Shown here: in pieces, positions 63,405 through 64,000 of the stretch
Layout of the letters: each line of letters opens with the position of its first letter
How positions within the stretch are numbered: the first letter of the stretch is position 1
Assembly (NCBI GenBank): GCA_963771225.1
Contig: CAVYSR010000024.1
Coordinates: forward strand, 101,181-165,180
Length of the DNA: 64,000 nucleotides
Source of the DNA: an uncultured Pseudomonadota bacterium
Lineage (GTDB): Bacteria; Pseudomonadota; Alphaproteobacteria; Rhizobiales; Xanthobacteraceae
Reading direction: 5' to 3'
Notes under the pieces: model-generated
The model's input: the letters and a program-made list of their open reading frames with translations, nothing else
Told to the model about the DNA's origin: nothing
The model's database searches: none
Position numbers and translations under genes: made by a program

Positions 63405-64000
63405 ATGGAAGACGGCATTTTCGAAGGCCTCAAGGTTCTGGACTGCGCGAGTTTCATCGCAGCCCCCGCGGCCGCAACCGTGCTGTCGGATTTCGGCGCC
63501 GAAGTGATCAAGATCGAACCGCCGGGAGCGGGCGATCCCTATCGCAACCTGCCGAATTTGCCAGGCTATCCCGCAAGTACCCACAATTTCGCCTGGCTGC
63601 TGGAATCCCGCAACAAGCGGAGCCTGGCGCTCGATCTCTCCAAGCCGGAAGGCCAGGCGGTGCTGCATCGGCTCGCCGCCGAGGCCGACGTTTTTATCAC
63701 GAATTTTCCCCCGGCCGTGCGCGCCCGGCTCGGGCTGACTTACGCCACGCTTAGCCCCCTCAACGAACGCCTGATCTATGCGTCGTTCACCGGCTACGGC
63801 GAAAAAGGCGACGAAGCCAACAAGCCCGGCTTCGACAGCAATGCTTATTGGGCGCGTTCCGGCCTGATGGATCTGGTGCGCGCGGATACCAGCATCGCGC
63901 CTGCGCGTTCGGTCGCCGGCATGGGCGATCACCCCTGCGCGATGGCACTGTACGGCGCAATCGTCACCGCGCTGTACAAGCGCGAGCGCACCGGCAAGGG
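63405..64000 (+). CDS. CaiB/BaiF family CoA-transferase, partial (runs off window end)
   Basis: MEDGIFEGLKVLDCASFIAAP...FGAEVIKIEPPGAGDPYR...RNKRSLALDL...FTGYG. Confidence 0.88.
   Translation, partial: MEDGIFEGLKVLDCASFIAAPAAATVLSDFGAEVIKIEPPGAGDPYRNLPNLPGYPASTHNFAWLLESRNKRSLALDLSKPEGQAVLHRLAAEADVFITNFPPAVRARLGLTYATLSPLNERLIYASFTGYGEKGDEANKPGFDSNAYWARSGLMDLVRADTSIAPARSVAGMGDHPCAMALYGAIVTALYKRERTGK

Overview
GC-rich alphaproteobacterial chromosome segment whose gene content and intergenic repeats look like Bradyrhizobium (inferred, not searched). Positions 1 to about 24.8 kb form an accessory, partly decayed island. It carries at least seven FixK/FNR-type boxes, universal stress proteins, a VIT1 transporter, hemerythrins, IS630 and IS30 elements and an integrase remnant, and it ends at a degenerate tRNA-Val. 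Its core is a Cyc2-like cytochrome-porin gene with three dihaem c4-type cytochromes, a HiPIP and an outer-membrane barrel, a candidate outer-membrane electron-uptake or Fe(II)-oxidation module. Positions 24.8-64 kb are mostly housekeeping and catabolic genes (M28 peptidase, amine oxidase plus cytochrome c, RND efflux, ThDP enzymes, P450 pair, acyl-CoA genes, ycjXF, cspA, putA). Embedded at 39.0-40.9 kb is a compact RiPP cassette: an ATP-grasp (graspetide-type) ligase between two paralogous double-glycine-leader precursor peptides, each with a duplicated CRP-like site and a downstream hairpin. About 15 genes, including core genes, carry single-base frameshifts, most likely sequencing or assembly errors.
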